From assembly GCA_964610905.1 (NCBI GenBank), contig CAZSYT010000007.1, positions 1,465-65,464 of the forward strand: a stretch of 64,000 bases of DNA. The letters are read 5' to 3'. The notes beneath the pieces were generated by a model that saw only the letters and a program-made list of their open reading frames with translations, was not told the origin of the DNA and searched no databases. The position numbers were made by a program, and so were the translations under genes. Each line of letters opens with the position of its first letter. Position 1 is the first letter of the stretch. The stretch comes from an uncultured Acidimicrobiaceae bacterium (GTDB lineage Bacteria; Actinomycetota; Acidimicrobiia; Acidimicrobiales; RAAP-2). This document shows positions 63,483 to 64,000 of the stretch, piece by piece.

Positions 63483-63997
63483 CGACCGTCCTCGTCCGCG
63501 GGGCTGGCCGGGGCGAGGGCGCCGAGGACCGCCGGGGTGCTCGTGACCACGACGACGAAGAGGGCGAACGTGACCACGTGGACCGACGTGCACCACAGGC
63601 AGAGGTTCCGGATGAGGAAGAGCTCGGCGCTCACGAGGTAGAGGACCATGGCGACGCCGGCCACGGCGAGCACCAGGCGGGCGAGGTGGACCCGGCGGTC
63701 CGGGGACCGCCAGGCGGCCGGCAGGTTGAGCGCCAGCATCGGGACGAAGTAGACGAGGCCGAGGACGGCCACCGGGACGCCGAGGATCTCGGACTGGGGG
63801 CTCGTGGTCACCTTCTCGCAGTTGATGAAGCCGCCACCGGCGGGGCAGCTGAGCGGGACGCTCGAGTCGAAGTGGGTGAGGGTCAGGTAGGTGGCGACCC
63901 CGAGGCCGAAGAGGCAGAGCACGGTGGCCACCACGGGCTGCCAGCGGGCCCCGGGCGCGCCCAGCTGCCCCTCGCCGGCACTGCGGGTCGCACGCAC
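63479..63997 (-). CDS. Vitamin K epoxide reductase (VKOR) family protein; the start is close to the window edge and may be incomplete
   Basis: Four TM segments, loop cysteines (SCPAGGGFINC) and the CLWC active-site motif in the last helix. Confidence 0.78.
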   Translation of the reverse strand: MRATRSAGEGQLGAPGARWQPVVATVLCLFGLGVATYLTLTHFDSSVPLSCPAGGGFINCEKVTTSPQSEILGVPVAVLGLVYFVPMLALNLPAAWRSPDRRVHLARLVLAVAGVAMVLYLVSAELFLIRNLCLWCTSVHVVTFALFVVVVTSTPAVLGALAPASPADEDGR

Positions 63998-64000
63998 GCC

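Overview
This is a high-GC (about 70-75%) actinobacterial chromosome segment from the origin-proximal partition and housekeeping neighbourhood. About 60 genes can be supported. In order they are: rnpA(partial)-yidD-yidC-jag-rsmG; a 533-bp spacer with two parS-like palindromes; parA-parB; cwlM-trxA-trxB; a small membrane protein; degV; murJ plus a large secreted protein; cca; an ABC-2 exporter; ino1 with a PadR regulator; panB; rpsF-ssb-rpsR-rplI; dnaB; a minus-strand hydrolase/CoA-transferase block; pstB-pstS-pstC-pstA; an OmpR-type response regulator; a crcB-DUF190-crcB operon behind a fluoride riboswitch; a second, atypical OmpR-type regulator; pgi; a desaturase with a PaaX regulator; a GGDEF protein; a beta-helix lipoprotein; a 941-aa SARP/NB-ARC/TPR regulator; a flavin oxidoreductase; an MFS pump; an enoyl-CoA hydratase; a GNAT; tRNA-Pro(CGG); corC-like; a CheY-like receiver; two ArsA/Get3-like ATPases; whiB; and DUF929-VKOR. 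The very long ORFs in the six-frame track (1102, 2039, 1358, 1210 and 1042 aa) are high-GC frame artefacts or read-through extensions. I trimmed real genes to internal starts, many of which overlap the upstream stop as GTGA or ATGA. I found no CRISPR array, transposase, integrase or prophage, and no recognisable defence island. The most interesting signals are regulatory. There are 11-nt-periodic GTTCA-type (PHO-box-like) arrays upstream of pstB and of both kinase-less OmpR-type regulators. One of those regulators has a pseudo-receiver domain lacking the phospho-acceptor Asp. There is also a low-GC island after parB with a perfect 10-bp inverted repeat containing a DnaA-box-like core, and an AT-rich double palindrome in the PadR divergent promoter. 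A 0.78-kb stretch has no convincing gene, and there are several perfect short tandem repeats. All functional calls come from motif recognition by eye and from synteny. No database search was run.
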